Shown: positions 19,449 to 28,270 of the stretch, piece by piece
Layout: each line of letters starts with the position of its first letter
How positions within the stretch are numbered: position 1 is the stretch's first letter
Assembly (NCBI GenBank): GCA_006226565.1
Contig: SBGO01000716.1
Span: forward strand, 307-64,306
DNA length: 64,000 nt
From: Deltaproteobacteria bacterium
Lineage (GTDB): Bacteria; Myxococcota_A; UBA9042; PHBI01
Direction of reading: 5' to 3'
Position numbers and translations under genes: made by a program
The notes under the pieces: generated by a model
The model's database searches: none
Told to the model about the DNA's origin: nothing
Seen by the model: the letters and a program-made list of their open reading frames with translations, nothing else

Positions 19449-19991
19449 ATGACCTACCGGCACAAGGTCTTCATCAGCTACCACCACCAGAACGACGAGG
19501 CCTATCGCCACGAGTTCGAGGAGCGATTCGCCTACGAGGGCGGTGTCATTGTCCCGAAGGCGGTCTACGACGGCCAGATAGCCTCAGGATTGAGACCCGA
19601 GACGATTCGGCGAACGATTCGGGAGCGCAACCTGCGCGACAGCACAGTGACCGTCGTCTTGGTCGGTTCGGAGACTTGGAAGCGCAAGCACGTCGACTGG
19701 GAGATCGCGTCCAGTCTACGCAACACGCCGTATAAGAAGGCTTCCGGCCTCCTCGGAATCCTGCTCCCAAGCTACCCAGGGTCCGCCACTGACTACGACC
19801 CGCATACGATTCCGCCACGCCTCTGGGACAACGTCCTATGCGAATACGCGGAGGTTCACGACTGGACGAAGGGCCGATCAATCATGACGCACCTGATTCA
19901 CGCGGCGTTCCTTCGACGCAAACGCCTATTGCCGGCGAAACCCCGGCCCCGGTTCAAAATCAATCGACACGGCGAGCGATGGTGGCCGTGA
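19449..19991 (+). CDS. thsB: ThsB-like TIR-domain protein, paralog 2
   Basis: MTYRHKVFISYHHQNDEAYRHEF...STVTVVLVGSETWKRKHVDWEI. The start is taken at ATG 19449. Confidence 0.75.
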   Translation: MTYRHKVFISYHHQNDEAYRHEFEERFAYEGGVIVPKAVYDGQIASGLRPETIRRTIRERNLRDSTVTVVLVGSETWKRKHVDWEIASSLRNTPYKKASGLLGILLPSYPGSATDYDPHTIPPRLWDNVLCEYAEVHDWTKGRSIMTHLIHAAFLRRKRLLPAKPRPRFKINRHGERWWP

Positions 19992-20164
19992 GTCCCGCTG
20001 CATCGCGTGGTCCCGACTCACAATGCGCTTGTTCGGCGTGGCGGACGATTGTGCTCAGCCGACGCCAAGTGCGCGGGCCAGGTCGAGTCGCTCAAATGCA
20101 GGGCTTGCGGAACGTCGATGGAATCACTCGTTATCCCCCCTCGCGGTTCCGACCGCTCGCCTCA

Positions 20165-20779
20165 TCAATCACTTGGCTGGTAGAGATTGCAGGCGATATG
20201 CAGGATCTCGACGGTCGCGCCCGACGAGTGTCGGTGCCGGCCAAGGAATGACCACGGTAGGCTGTGGTCCTTCGTCTCTTCTACATCGTGGCAGCCAGCG
20301 GGATCGGTGAAGTGCTGCCGTGTGTCCTTCACCCGCCCTGCGACGTCCGGCTTCTGGCAGAACCCGATGCAAAGGGCCCGCTTCTCGGCACCAGAGCAGT
20401 AGCCGAGGACCTGGGTGGTGCCGTCGCAGTGATACTTGGGCCCGCGGTCCAGCTTGCATTCGCCGAGCATCCTGAAGCGGCCGGCCACGAAGTGGCTGAT
20501 GACCAAGTCGACGTGGCCGTTGACGTGGGGTTCGGCCGTCGTCGGCACACCACCCTGGCTGAGGAGATCGGCGAGGTTGGTGGAGAGCTCCACCTCGCCG
20601 GCCTTCGCCAGCAGCTTTCGACGGTCCTCCAGCTTCTGAAGGCAGTGCCGAACCGCGAGCTCGGCGGCTTCGCAGAAGGCGTCCTCGGTCTGCGCGCACG
20701 CCACGCGGTGGAAGTCGGGCATGAAGGTTTTCACCAGGCCGATGTAGTCCTCGGCCGTCATCCCATCGGGCAGCGTCAT
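20165..20779 (-). CDS. PD-(D/E)xK-fold nuclease-like protein; last gene of the DISARM-like operon, in the position usually held by a PLD nuclease
   Basis: Putative motif GHVDLVISHF...RMLGECKL (D...ExK). Its ATG at 20779 shares one base with the TAA stop of the upstream giant helicase gene. Confidence 0.45.
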   Translation of the reverse strand: MTLPDGMTAEDYIGLVKTFMPDFHRVACAQTEDAFCEAAELAVRHCLQKLEDRRKLLAKAGEVELSTNLADLLSQGGVPTTAEPHVNGHVDLVISHFVAGRFRMLGECKLDRGPKYHCDGTTQVLGYCSGAEKRALCIGFCQKPDVAGRVKDTRQHFTDPAGCHDVEETKDHSLPWSFLGRHRHSSGATVEILHIACNLYQPSD

Positions 20780-23700
20780 TAGCGTCTCCCCTCGCCTCGG
20801 AGCCATTGAACTCCAATCGTTCGCGCTCCGTCGCGCCATCCTTCACCAGCGAGGCCCTCGGCGCCTCCGAGACGATCGAGGGCCTGCTCCCAGGACATGG
20901 GGGCCGGTGGAGTCCGCTTCAGATCCAGGAACACGCGCTTGATGGTGCCAGTCTGGGCCAGTCGTTCGATGGCCAGGAGCGCGTCTCCCTCGTCGGCGTC
21001 AAACTGACCCGCCGCTGCGATGGCGTCGCCCAACGTCAGCGGCTGACCCTCGCTGTCATCGAGGCGTTCGAGAAGCAATCTTGCGATGGCAACAGCCTTC
21101 TCGTTTCGGGTCTGGCGCTTCACCTCGTCCAGCGGCCCGCCGCCGTGTCGGACCCACTCCATCGTCCGCTCCGGCGTTCGCAGATCCCGCGCCGTCAGCT
21201 CCACCACGCGCCACGCGACGCCGCCCTCGCGCAGTGCCCTGCGGATGGCGCGATCCCGCCGCAGGCGGCTGCCGGTATGGAACGCGGCGCCGTCCACATA
21301 GACGAGTACGGTGGTGCCGGTCACGCGGAAGTCGGCCTGGCTTATGGCCGGGCCGTCGAGCTCGGGGCCCACGGGGACCTGCTTCTCGACATTGATGCCG
21401 TGCCGCTCGAACAGGCGCAGGAACTTCAGCTCCAGCGGGGAGCCGACCCCAGCGTCGTAGGCCTCGAGCCATGGCTTGGGGTCGTCGCTGTCGCCCAGCT
21501 CGCCACGAAGCACCTCGGGCGCCGCCAGCGCGAGGCCTTCGAGATCCGGCATGATGTGCGGCCACGACAAGTGCTCGTGGTGGCGCTGGTTGGCGTAGGA
21601 CTTCAGGCAGCGGTAGCAGGCGCTTTCGCACTTCGGGTGGTCGAGATGTTCTATGGTTCGGCGCGCCACCAGATGCAGCTCGTCGACACAGCGATCTAGG
21701 AAGCCGCTGCCGCCAACGGCCGCGTCGATCAGGGTCAGGGCGCCCAGCTTGCGTACACCGTCCTTGCGGCGTTCCTCCCACAGGGGTTCGAGCTCGAACT
21801 CGATCTCCGGCCCGTCGAGCATGTAGAGCTGACGCAGCCCCGTCCGCAGGGCATAGCCCAGCGAGTAGCCCCACCGCTTGTAGTCGGCCTCGTCGTAGTC
21901 GCGCGGCAGGACAACGGTCACGCGGAGAGTCGAGGCGGGCGTAGCGGTCGTGATCGCTGCCGGGATCGGAGGCTGGCCGCTGCGCTGGCAGCCCGAAGCA
22001 TGGCCGAAGGCGTCGGGTCCGCTGGACTTGCGTGCCTTCCTGCGCCCCTTCTTGCCGCTGTCGTCGTCGGGCACCGAGAGCGACCTGCCGCAGGCAGGAC
22101 ACAGGTAGAAGCCGCGCCCGGCGTCGTGCAGCATCGGCTTCCCATTGCGCAGGTCGGCCTCGCTTGGGGGCTTCCACTCGTTCACCCACCGTACGGTCTC
22201 CTCGGCCCGCAGCTCGACGTGCCAGCCGGTGGCCAACCGCCTCCGGGCGACTACACGACCGTCGCGCTGTGGGTGGCAGGTCACCAGCGAGCCTATCGAG
22301 AACCGGTCCTCCTCTTGGAGTACCGGTGTGTCGTCTCGAATTGCCAGGAACCCGCCGTACTCGTGGCCCGGGTAGCCGTGGCCGCCGCCCACCGTGTCGT
22401 CCGAGCCACAGCGTGGGCACGCCGGTGTCTGAGCGTCGTAGCGAAGGTCGCACCCCTTGCAACGCACGTAGATCCAGTCGGGGTCGGTGGACTTCGGGTT
22501 CCAAGGCGAGGCGAGATCCAGACCCACGACGCGCCAGCGGTGGCCACGGGCGTGGACCGGTGCCTCCGGCTGGTACTGCGCGATGCCGAAGCGTCGCGCC
22601 ACCGTGATGGGGTCCTCTTCGTGCTCGTCGCCCCACAGTCGCAACGTGCAGGGCGCTGAAGGGAACTCGTAGCCGGGGAGGATGCCGAACTCGGCGAACC
22701 GGCGCATGGGGTGCCCGCTGCCCCGGTCGTCCGCATCGCCGTCGAAGCGGTCGTCGCGCAAGCCCAGGATCTTCCGCTTCAGGTCCTGAGCGTGCATGGC
22801 CGAGCGGTCGCCCTTGCCCAGTTCGTTCCAGCGGTCGATTGTCTCCTGCAGCTTGAGAATCTGCCGCCGCACGCGGTCGAAGAGGTCCCGGATACGGTCC
22901 GGCAGCCCCTCGAGTACCTGGGCAAGGGCGTCGGGCTCGCCGAGCCCGGCCGGGTCGAGCACGTCGTCGCCCCACGCGTCGCGTGCCAGGTTCACAGCGT
23001 GGGGGAACTGCGCCACGATCGCGGCGATGAGCTCGTCCACTTTCGCCTGGTCGACCTCGCCGCGGATGTTGATGTACTCGGCCATCCGCCCAGCGAGGCC
23101 GGGCTCGGCGGCGCCGAACGCGAGCGCGTGCAGGTGCCGCAGCACCACGTCTCGATTGCCCAGTCCGACGCCGGGTGCTGGCACCTCGCCGGCAATCATC
23201 TCGGCCGGCTTGTCGAAGAAGTACCCATCGTGCGGTGTGCTTCGTGCGTAGCCGAGCACGATGCCAACCCGTGACCGCCGCCCAGCACGGCCCCCACGCT
23301 GCGCATAGTTGTCGGGACGGGGCGGGATGTTGCGCATGACCACTGCGTCGAGGCCCCCCACGTCGATCCCCATCTCCAGGGTGGGCGAGCAGGCCAGAAC
23401 GTTCGTCGCGGCGCGCCGGCTCGTGCCGCTCCACCCCGGCGGCGGCCGGAACCCGGGCGGTGGAGCCTTGAAGTCCTCCTCGAGCTCGATGCGGTCTTCA
23501 CCGGTGATCTGCGCCGTGTGCTCGCCCGCGGAGAGCGGCATCAGGTCGCTCCTCTGGATGCGCTGGACATAGCGATTGCGCTCGATCTCCTCCCTCGGCC
23601 ACTGCTCCAACACGCCGTGGCAGCTCGGGCACGGGCTGCCTGCGGCCGCCCATGGAATACGCACGTTGCAGACGGAGCACCGCATCCGCTCCTCGGGCTT

Positions 23701-26448
23701 GACCAGCTCCAGGCTCACGACGTCGGCGCTGACCTGGAGCAGCCGGCGGCCCTTGCGGTAGCCGTGAAGGGGTTGAGCCACGATGAGCCGCGGGCCACTG
23801 GCCAGCAGATCCAGAAGCTCAACCATCCGCTCGTCATCGGGCTCGGCTCCGCCCATCCGCTTGAGCAGATGCCGCAGCTTCGCCTCGAGGCTCGGGCTGC
23901 GCCCCCCCGCCCTGGGCCTACGCCAGGCGTTGCGCTTGGAGATGCCCTCGGGCACCTCCGAATCGTCGAGCCACCCGAGCGGGGTTCCCTGGCTGTCGCA
24001 CGCGTAGCCCGCGGGGGTCTTGATGCGCCGCTCCCAGTCGGCTGGCCCCCGGAACTCTTCGGGGCAGCTCGGGCTACCCGGATGGTAGCAGAGCATCGGC
24101 CGCGAGAGCGCGGTTCGCCGGCGCATCTCGTCCAGCAGGCAGCGTGAGACGTAGGCGAGCTGACCGGTTGTCAGACCCAGTTTCCCGGCGAGGCCCGCGC
24201 TGTTCTTCGCGATGTGGGCGTCCAGATGCTCGTAGCGCACTCCGACGAGACCCAGGTTGAGCAGCGAGGCGCGGTAGCCCGCGCTGACCGACAGGTCGTC
24301 GAGCAGCGGCGCCTCCTCCCACGCCCGCGCGCGGTCCTGCACGTGCCGCGGCAGGAAGTCGGCGTCGTCGAAGCCCCTGGTGTGGGGGTTGTCTGCTCGC
24401 TCGACTGCCATCGCGACGAGCTTCGTGAGGACCTCGGCGATGGTGGCCCGCTGGCCGGGGGCCTCTTCCAGCACTCGGATGAGCCGACGGCGCATACGGT
24501 CGTAGCGGCCAGCGTAGGTAATGAAGCGAGCCTGGTGTGCGGCGTCCTGGCGGCTGTCCGAGAAGATCAGCAACCGCTCCTTGCCGTCGTGGTCGGCCCG
24601 CTCCGCGTTCTGCACCGCCAGGCCCTCGCAGAGCCCCTCCGCGACCACACGCACGGCTGCCGAGGTGCCCAGCGATACCGGCGTGAGCACGTCATGCGCC
24701 CCGGCGGTCCCGCCGCACACGAGGCAGCGGTTGCGCGCCGGCGCGAGCACCGCCCGCATCGGATACAGAGACTCGTCGACCGAGAACGAGCAGGTGGCGG
24801 GGTCGAAGCTGCCCTCGAGCACGGGCCGTTTCCGCATCTGCTGCTCGACGCCAACCAGCCCCTCGTCGTCGCCCGTCTCGAAGCGCTCGCGGTCGTAGAG
24901 CAGCCACTCGCCGTCGTTGGACCGCGAGGCGTTCGGTCGAAGTGCCTCGCCCTCGGGCCCCGCGTCACCCTCCGCGAACCGTAGGGTGTCGGCGCCGCAC
25001 GAGCGGCAAAGGTAGAGCGGCGCGGCGCTTGCCCCGCACTCGCATTGCTCCTCTCCCATCGGGTACAGGCGCCCGCAGCTCGGATCGACGCAACGCGTGA
25101 AACGCCAGCCGCCGCGAATGAAGCGATGTGCCCGCAGTCGCAACGTGCCGGCGGTCCCGTCCGGCATTGCGGCACCCACGACGAGCGCCGCTTCGATCTC
25201 GCCGCGCAAGCGGTCATGTTCGCTGTCCGCCCGCTCGGGCACGCGCTGGCGCACCTGCTCCACGATCTGAGACACCGACATGGGCCGGCGGGCGAGCAGG
25301 TCGTTCAGCGTCCACAGGATTCCGGCCTGGCGCGCGAGCTCGTCGACCGGCCGCGCGACATCCCCGCCGGCCAGCGCAGCGAGGGCCGCGTGGACAGCCT
25401 CGGCGTCCCCGATGGCGGGCGGAGCGACCTCCGCTGGCGCGCTCGGCCACCGCGCCTCGGCCGGCACCTCGAGGTCGCGAAGGCTCTCGCCGAGCACCTT
25501 GAAGCGCCGCCCGTCGACGCCGGTGAGCTTCATCAGGAACTCGCGGACCGCCTCGTCTCGAAGCGCCCGTACCTCGTCGGGGGCCCGCCCTGTCTCATCC
25601 ACGCTCTTGATCGTGGCCGAGGTCGCCACTGGCAGGGTCTCCGGGAACCGCTGCGCGTCGGCCCGATCATCGGCCTTCCAGTCCTGTCGAGCGTGGCGCA
25701 GGTGGGCACGCAAGCGCCGGAAGAGCAGCGCGATGTTGGCCCCCAGGCTACCGCGATAGGTGTGGACCTCGTCGAGCACCACGAAGCGGCAGCGATGGTT
25801 CGCGAAGAGCGCGTCCCGATCCGCCGGTCGCACGAGCAGGTACTCGAGCATCATGTAGTTGGTCAGCAGGATGTGGGGCGGGTGCTCACGGAGCTGGCGG
25901 CGCTCGTCCTCCTTGGTCGAGCGGTCGTAGCGCGCCACCTTGACGTGGGTGTGCCCCGACGCCTGCAGGTACTGTCGGATGCGCTCCTCTTGGTCGTTGG
26001 CGAGGGCGTTCATCGGGTAGACCAGCAGCGCCGTCAGGCCCGCGTGCCGGAAGCGCACTGAGTCCTCGATTGCATTCTGGATGACCGGCAGCAGGAAGCA
26101 CTCGGTCTTGCCCGAGCCGGTGCCGGTGGTGACGACGAGGGGACCGGGCTCGTCGCCCAGCAGATGGGCGATGGCGTCGCTCTGGTGAAGGTAGGCGGTC
26201 AGGGAGCCGCTGCGCTGCTCCATCACTTTCGCGAGGGCGGCGTCGAGGCCGAGCTCACGCCAGGGCCGACCGCTCTTGAACGGACGGTGGGCCTGGAAGA
26301 ACGGTTCCTGCGCCAGGAAGCCGGCCTCGGTCAGCGCGGCCTCGAGGGCGGCCCGAAGCTGTGGGTCGCGGGCCTGGAACTCGGTCGAGAGGTAGCTCTT
26401 GTACTCGCCGATGACCTGATCGACCACGGTGATGGGGTTCAGGGGCAT
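20779..26448 (-). CDS. Giant DEXH-box helicase with Zn-ribbon/DUF1998-like elements and a C-terminal DUF559-like endonuclease-fold domain; candidate fused DrmA-DrmB (alternatively DruE-like)
   Basis: Walker A VVTTGTGSGKTECF, motif II VVLDEVHTY, motif VI NYAQRGGRAGRR. Several Cys4 clusters (CVDPSCG...CECG, RCSVCNV...CPSCHG, CKGCDLRYDAQTPACPRCG). C-terminus LVYVDGAAFHTGSRLRRDRAIRRALREGGVAWRVV is DUF559-like. The 1889-aa length matches DrmA plus DrmB or DruE. Confidence 0.7.
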   Translation of the reverse strand: MPLNPITVVDQVIGEYKSYLSTEFQARDPQLRAALEAALTEAGFLAQEPFFQAHRPFKSGRPWRELGLDAALAKVMEQRSGSLTAYLHQSDAIAHLLGDEPGPLVVTTGTGSGKTECFLLPVIQNAIEDSVRFRHAGLTALLVYPMNALANDQEERIRQYLQASGHTHVKVARYDRSTKEDERRQLREHPPHILLTNYMMLEYLLVRPADRDALFANHRCRFVVLDEVHTYRGSLGANIALLFRRLRAHLRHARQDWKADDRADAQRFPETLPVATSATIKSVDETGRAPDEVRALRDEAVREFLMKLTGVDGRRFKVLGESLRDLEVPAEARWPSAPAEVAPPAIGDAEAVHAALAALAGGDVARPVDELARQAGILWTLNDLLARRPMSVSQIVEQVRQRVPERADSEHDRLRGEIEAALVVGAAMPDGTAGTLRLRAHRFIRGGWRFTRCVDPSCGRLYPMGEEQCECGASAAPLYLCRSCGADTLRFAEGDAGPEGEALRPNASRSNDGEWLLYDRERFETGDDEGLVGVEQQMRKRPVLEGSFDPATCSFSVDESLYPMRAVLAPARNRCLVCGGTAGAHDVLTPVSLGTSAAVRVVAEGLCEGLAVQNAERADHDGKERLLIFSDSRQDAAHQARFITYAGRYDRMRRRLIRVLEEAPGQRATIAEVLTKLVAMAVERADNPHTRGFDDADFLPRHVQDRARAWEEAPLLDDLSVSAGYRASLLNLGLVGVRYEHLDAHIAKNSAGLAGKLGLTTGQLAYVSRCLLDEMRRRTALSRPMLCYHPGSPSCPEEFRGPADWERRIKTPAGYACDSQGTPLGWLDDSEVPEGISKRNAWRRPRAGGRSPSLEAKLRHLLKRMGGAEPDDERMVELLDLLASGPRLIVAQPLHGYRKGRRLLQVSADVVSLELVKPEERMRCSVCNVRIPWAAAGSPCPSCHGVLEQWPREEIERNRYVQRIQRSDLMPLSAGEHTAQITGEDRIELEEDFKAPPPGFRPPPGWSGTSRRAATNVLACSPTLEMGIDVGGLDAVVMRNIPPRPDNYAQRGGRAGRRSRVGIVLGYARSTPHDGYFFDKPAEMIAGEVPAPGVGLGNRDVVLRHLHALAFGAAEPGLAGRMAEYINIRGEVDQAKVDELIAAIVAQFPHAVNLARDAWGDDVLDPAGLGEPDALAQVLEGLPDRIRDLFDRVRRQILKLQETIDRWNELGKGDRSAMHAQDLKRKILGLRDDRFDGDADDRGSGHPMRRFAEFGILPGYEFPSAPCTLRLWGDEHEEDPITVARRFGIAQYQPEAPVHARGHRWRVVGLDLASPWNPKSTDPDWIYVRCKGCDLRYDAQTPACPRCGSDDTVGGGHGYPGHEYGGFLAIRDDTPVLQEEDRFSIGSLVTCHPQRDGRVVARRRLATGWHVELRAEETVRWVNEWKPPSEADLRNGKPMLHDAGRGFYLCPACGRSLSVPDDDSGKKGRRKARKSSGPDAFGHASGCQRSGQPPIPAAITTATPASTLRVTVVLPRDYDEADYKRWGYSLGYALRTGLRQLYMLDGPEIEFELEPLWEERRKDGVRKLGALTLIDAAVGGSGFLDRCVDELHLVARRTIEHLDHPKCESACYRCLKSYANQRHHEHLSWPHIMPDLEGLALAAPEVLRGELGDSDDPKPWLEAYDAGVGSPLELKFLRLFERHGINVEKQVPVGPELDGPAISQADFRVTGTTVLVYVDGAAFHTGSRLRRDRAIRRALREGGVAWRVVELTARDLRTPERTMEWVRHGGGPLDEVKRQTRNEKAVAIARLLLERLDDSEGQPLTLGDAIAAAGQFDADEGDALLAIERLAQTGTIKRVFLDLKRTPPAPMSWEQALDRLGGAEGLAGEGWRDGARTIGVQWLRGEGRR

Positions 26449-26482
26449 GTCCGCTCCGTGCTTCTAAAGGCCATCTGCGGGC

Positions 26483-26591
26483 TTCTATCGGACACGATCT
26501 CCGGGTGGCCGATAGAAAACCATTGGGCGTTCAGCGGGTTGTGCCCCCGGCGGGGCCTCCTATCGGCCATCGTCGTCCTCGTGGCCGATAG
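26483..26591. promoter_or_regulatory. Two related palindromes upstream of the giant helicase gene: IR1 ttctatcgg-N17-ccgatagaa (26483..26517) and IR2 ctatcggcca-N12-tggccgatag (26560..26591)
   Basis: They share the core CTATCGG(N)CA...TG(G)CCGATAG. IR1 lies 35 to 69 bp upstream of the start at 26448. IR2 begins at the stop codon of the Schlafen-like gene. Confidence 0.4.
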
Positions 26592-28251
26592 CGGAACCAG
26601 GGTGATATCGCCGCCACCGACGCTCGCCAACGGCTCGAATCTCGCCGTCGGACAGCAGCTCGTTCAAGGCCCGGCGGAAGGTGCGAACCGGGATCTCGGG
26701 GCCGACGCGGCGGTGGATCTCCGAGGACGCCGAGCCAGGATAGCGACCGACGTCCTCGACGATGAGCGCCCTGAGCCGGTACGGCTCGATGCGCGTGAGG
26801 GTCGTATGCCCCTCGAGCCCCGCTTCACGCAGCAGTACCGGCTCGACGAAGTAGCGCGTCGCCCGCGTCCGGCCGGTCGTGCGGACGAGCCCCAACTCAA
26901 TGAGGCGGGCGGTCCAGGGCCGCAGGGCACTCGGCTCGGGGAGCTCGAGTGCAGCCGTCAGCTCCACAGCGGAAAGACCCTCGGACTGGCCGAGCAAGCC
27001 CAACGCGATGCGCTCGCGCTGGGTGAGCTGGTGGCGCTGGTCAGCCTCGGCGATGAGCCGGATGACTCCTGGATGCACCACACGCCGCGGCACGGTCACG
27101 TGCACCGAGTCCGCGCCCTCGGCCACGGTCGGCGCGGCCCGCCCGCTGGTGAGCAGGCGGTCGTACATCAGGTCGAAGCCGCTGCCCTCGCGCTCCATCA
27201 GCTTCAGGTCGTGGAAGACGCGGGCGAGGCCGTCGTTGCGCCGCCGGCTGGCGTGCAGGATATTCCGGGGCGTCACGCCCAGCGGCAGCCGGCCGGCGTT
27301 CACCACCTCGAGGTGGGCGGGGTGCAGATTCAGGAAGATGTCGCCACGCTGCGTGTAGGGGCGATGGACCAGCGCGTTGACCAGCAACTCGCGGACCACT
27401 GCCTCTTCGTAGGCCGGCACCCGCATTCGCAGCAATCCATCCGGCAGCTCGTAGGCCTCGCGGAAGTCCGGGATGCCCTGCCAGACGGCGTCGACCAGCT
27501 CGACGGGGGACAGGACGTGGTCGTCCCAGACGTGCTTGTCGATCTTCACACCGCGCTCGTCGTACTTGAGCGCCTGAACGACCGGCGCGGTGCCGAGCCG
27601 GGCCCGGTCGGTGGCCGTGCCCAACAGCAGCACGCCGAGGTTCGTCAGCGTGTCGGCGCTGGCAAGAGCATAGTGGTCAAGCAGCTCGTCGTCAGTCTTC
27701 TCGCGCACAGATGGCTTCACGCGGTCGGACGCCCGCAGCCGGTCGCACAGCGCCGTGCGTTTGAGTGCATCGCATCGTTCGCGGGGGACGCCGAGCGAGG
27801 TCATCGTCTCCCAGGGCACCGAGGGGCGCTCGTTCACGAGACGCAGCACGTCGTCGCCCACCACGGGCCGGCAATCGTCGCCCACGCGCAGGAAGTAGCG
27901 GCCATCGCTGGTAGACGCGACGCCGACGGCACGGGCGACGGTGAGCACGAGGATCTCTCCGCCGCCGTCGCCCCGCTGCACCTCGGCCGCGAGGTCGACG
28001 TTGACGGTCAGCTCGCCGATCCGCTTGCGGACGCGGTCGAGCAGGTCGGCGGGGATTCGCTGGCCGGCCGGAGCCTCCGTCGCGTCGTCTTCGATGCCGA
28101 TGACGATGTGCCCGCCCGCGCCGTTGGCGAAGCACACGCAGTCCTTCGCCAGCTCGCCGAAGTCGGCGGTCTTGCCGGAGACCGTCCGCAGCGACTTGCG
28201 GTCGAACTGCTGGTCCTCTCGGCCTGTGTTCATCGTCGAAGCCTCAGCCAT
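26560..28251 (-). CDS. Schlafen-like ATP-binding protein (AlbA_2 'divergent AAA' domain plus HATPase_c_4)
   Basis: AlbA_2 core FDRKSLRTVSGKTADFGELAKDCVCFANGAGGHIVIGIEDD. HATPase_c_4 motif RELLVNALVHRPYTQRGDIFLNL. Confidence 0.7.
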   Translation of the reverse strand: MAEASTMNTGREDQQFDRKSLRTVSGKTADFGELAKDCVCFANGAGGHIVIGIEDDATEAPAGQRIPADLLDRVRKRIGELTVNVDLAAEVQRGDGGGEILVLTVARAVGVASTSDGRYFLRVGDDCRPVVGDDVLRLVNERPSVPWETMTSLGVPRERCDALKRTALCDRLRASDRVKPSVREKTDDELLDHYALASADTLTNLGVLLLGTATDRARLGTAPVVQALKYDERGVKIDKHVWDDHVLSPVELVDAVWQGIPDFREAYELPDGLLRMRVPAYEEAVVRELLVNALVHRPYTQRGDIFLNLHPAHLEVVNAGRLPLGVTPRNILHASRRRNDGLARVFHDLKLMEREGSGFDLMYDRLLTSGRAAPTVAEGADSVHVTVPRRVVHPGVIRLIAEADQRHQLTQRERIALGLLGQSEGLSAVELTAALELPEPSALRPWTARLIELGLVRTTGRTRATRYFVEPVLLREAGLEGHTTLTRIEPYRLRALIVEDVGRYPGSASSEIHRRVGPEIPVRTFRRALNELLSDGEIRAVGERRWRRYHPGSAIGHEDDDGR

Positions 28252-28270
28252 CGTTCACCCGGTTCGCACC

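Noticed and set aside
20779-26448. Calling the 1889-aa helicase simply DruE (Druantia)
   Set aside because: The size and the helicase plus Zn-ribbon content fit DruE, but the flanking SNF2 helicase and large N6-adenine methyltransferase in DISARM order favour a DrmA-DrmB fusion. It is kept as an alternative because I cannot run HMMs.
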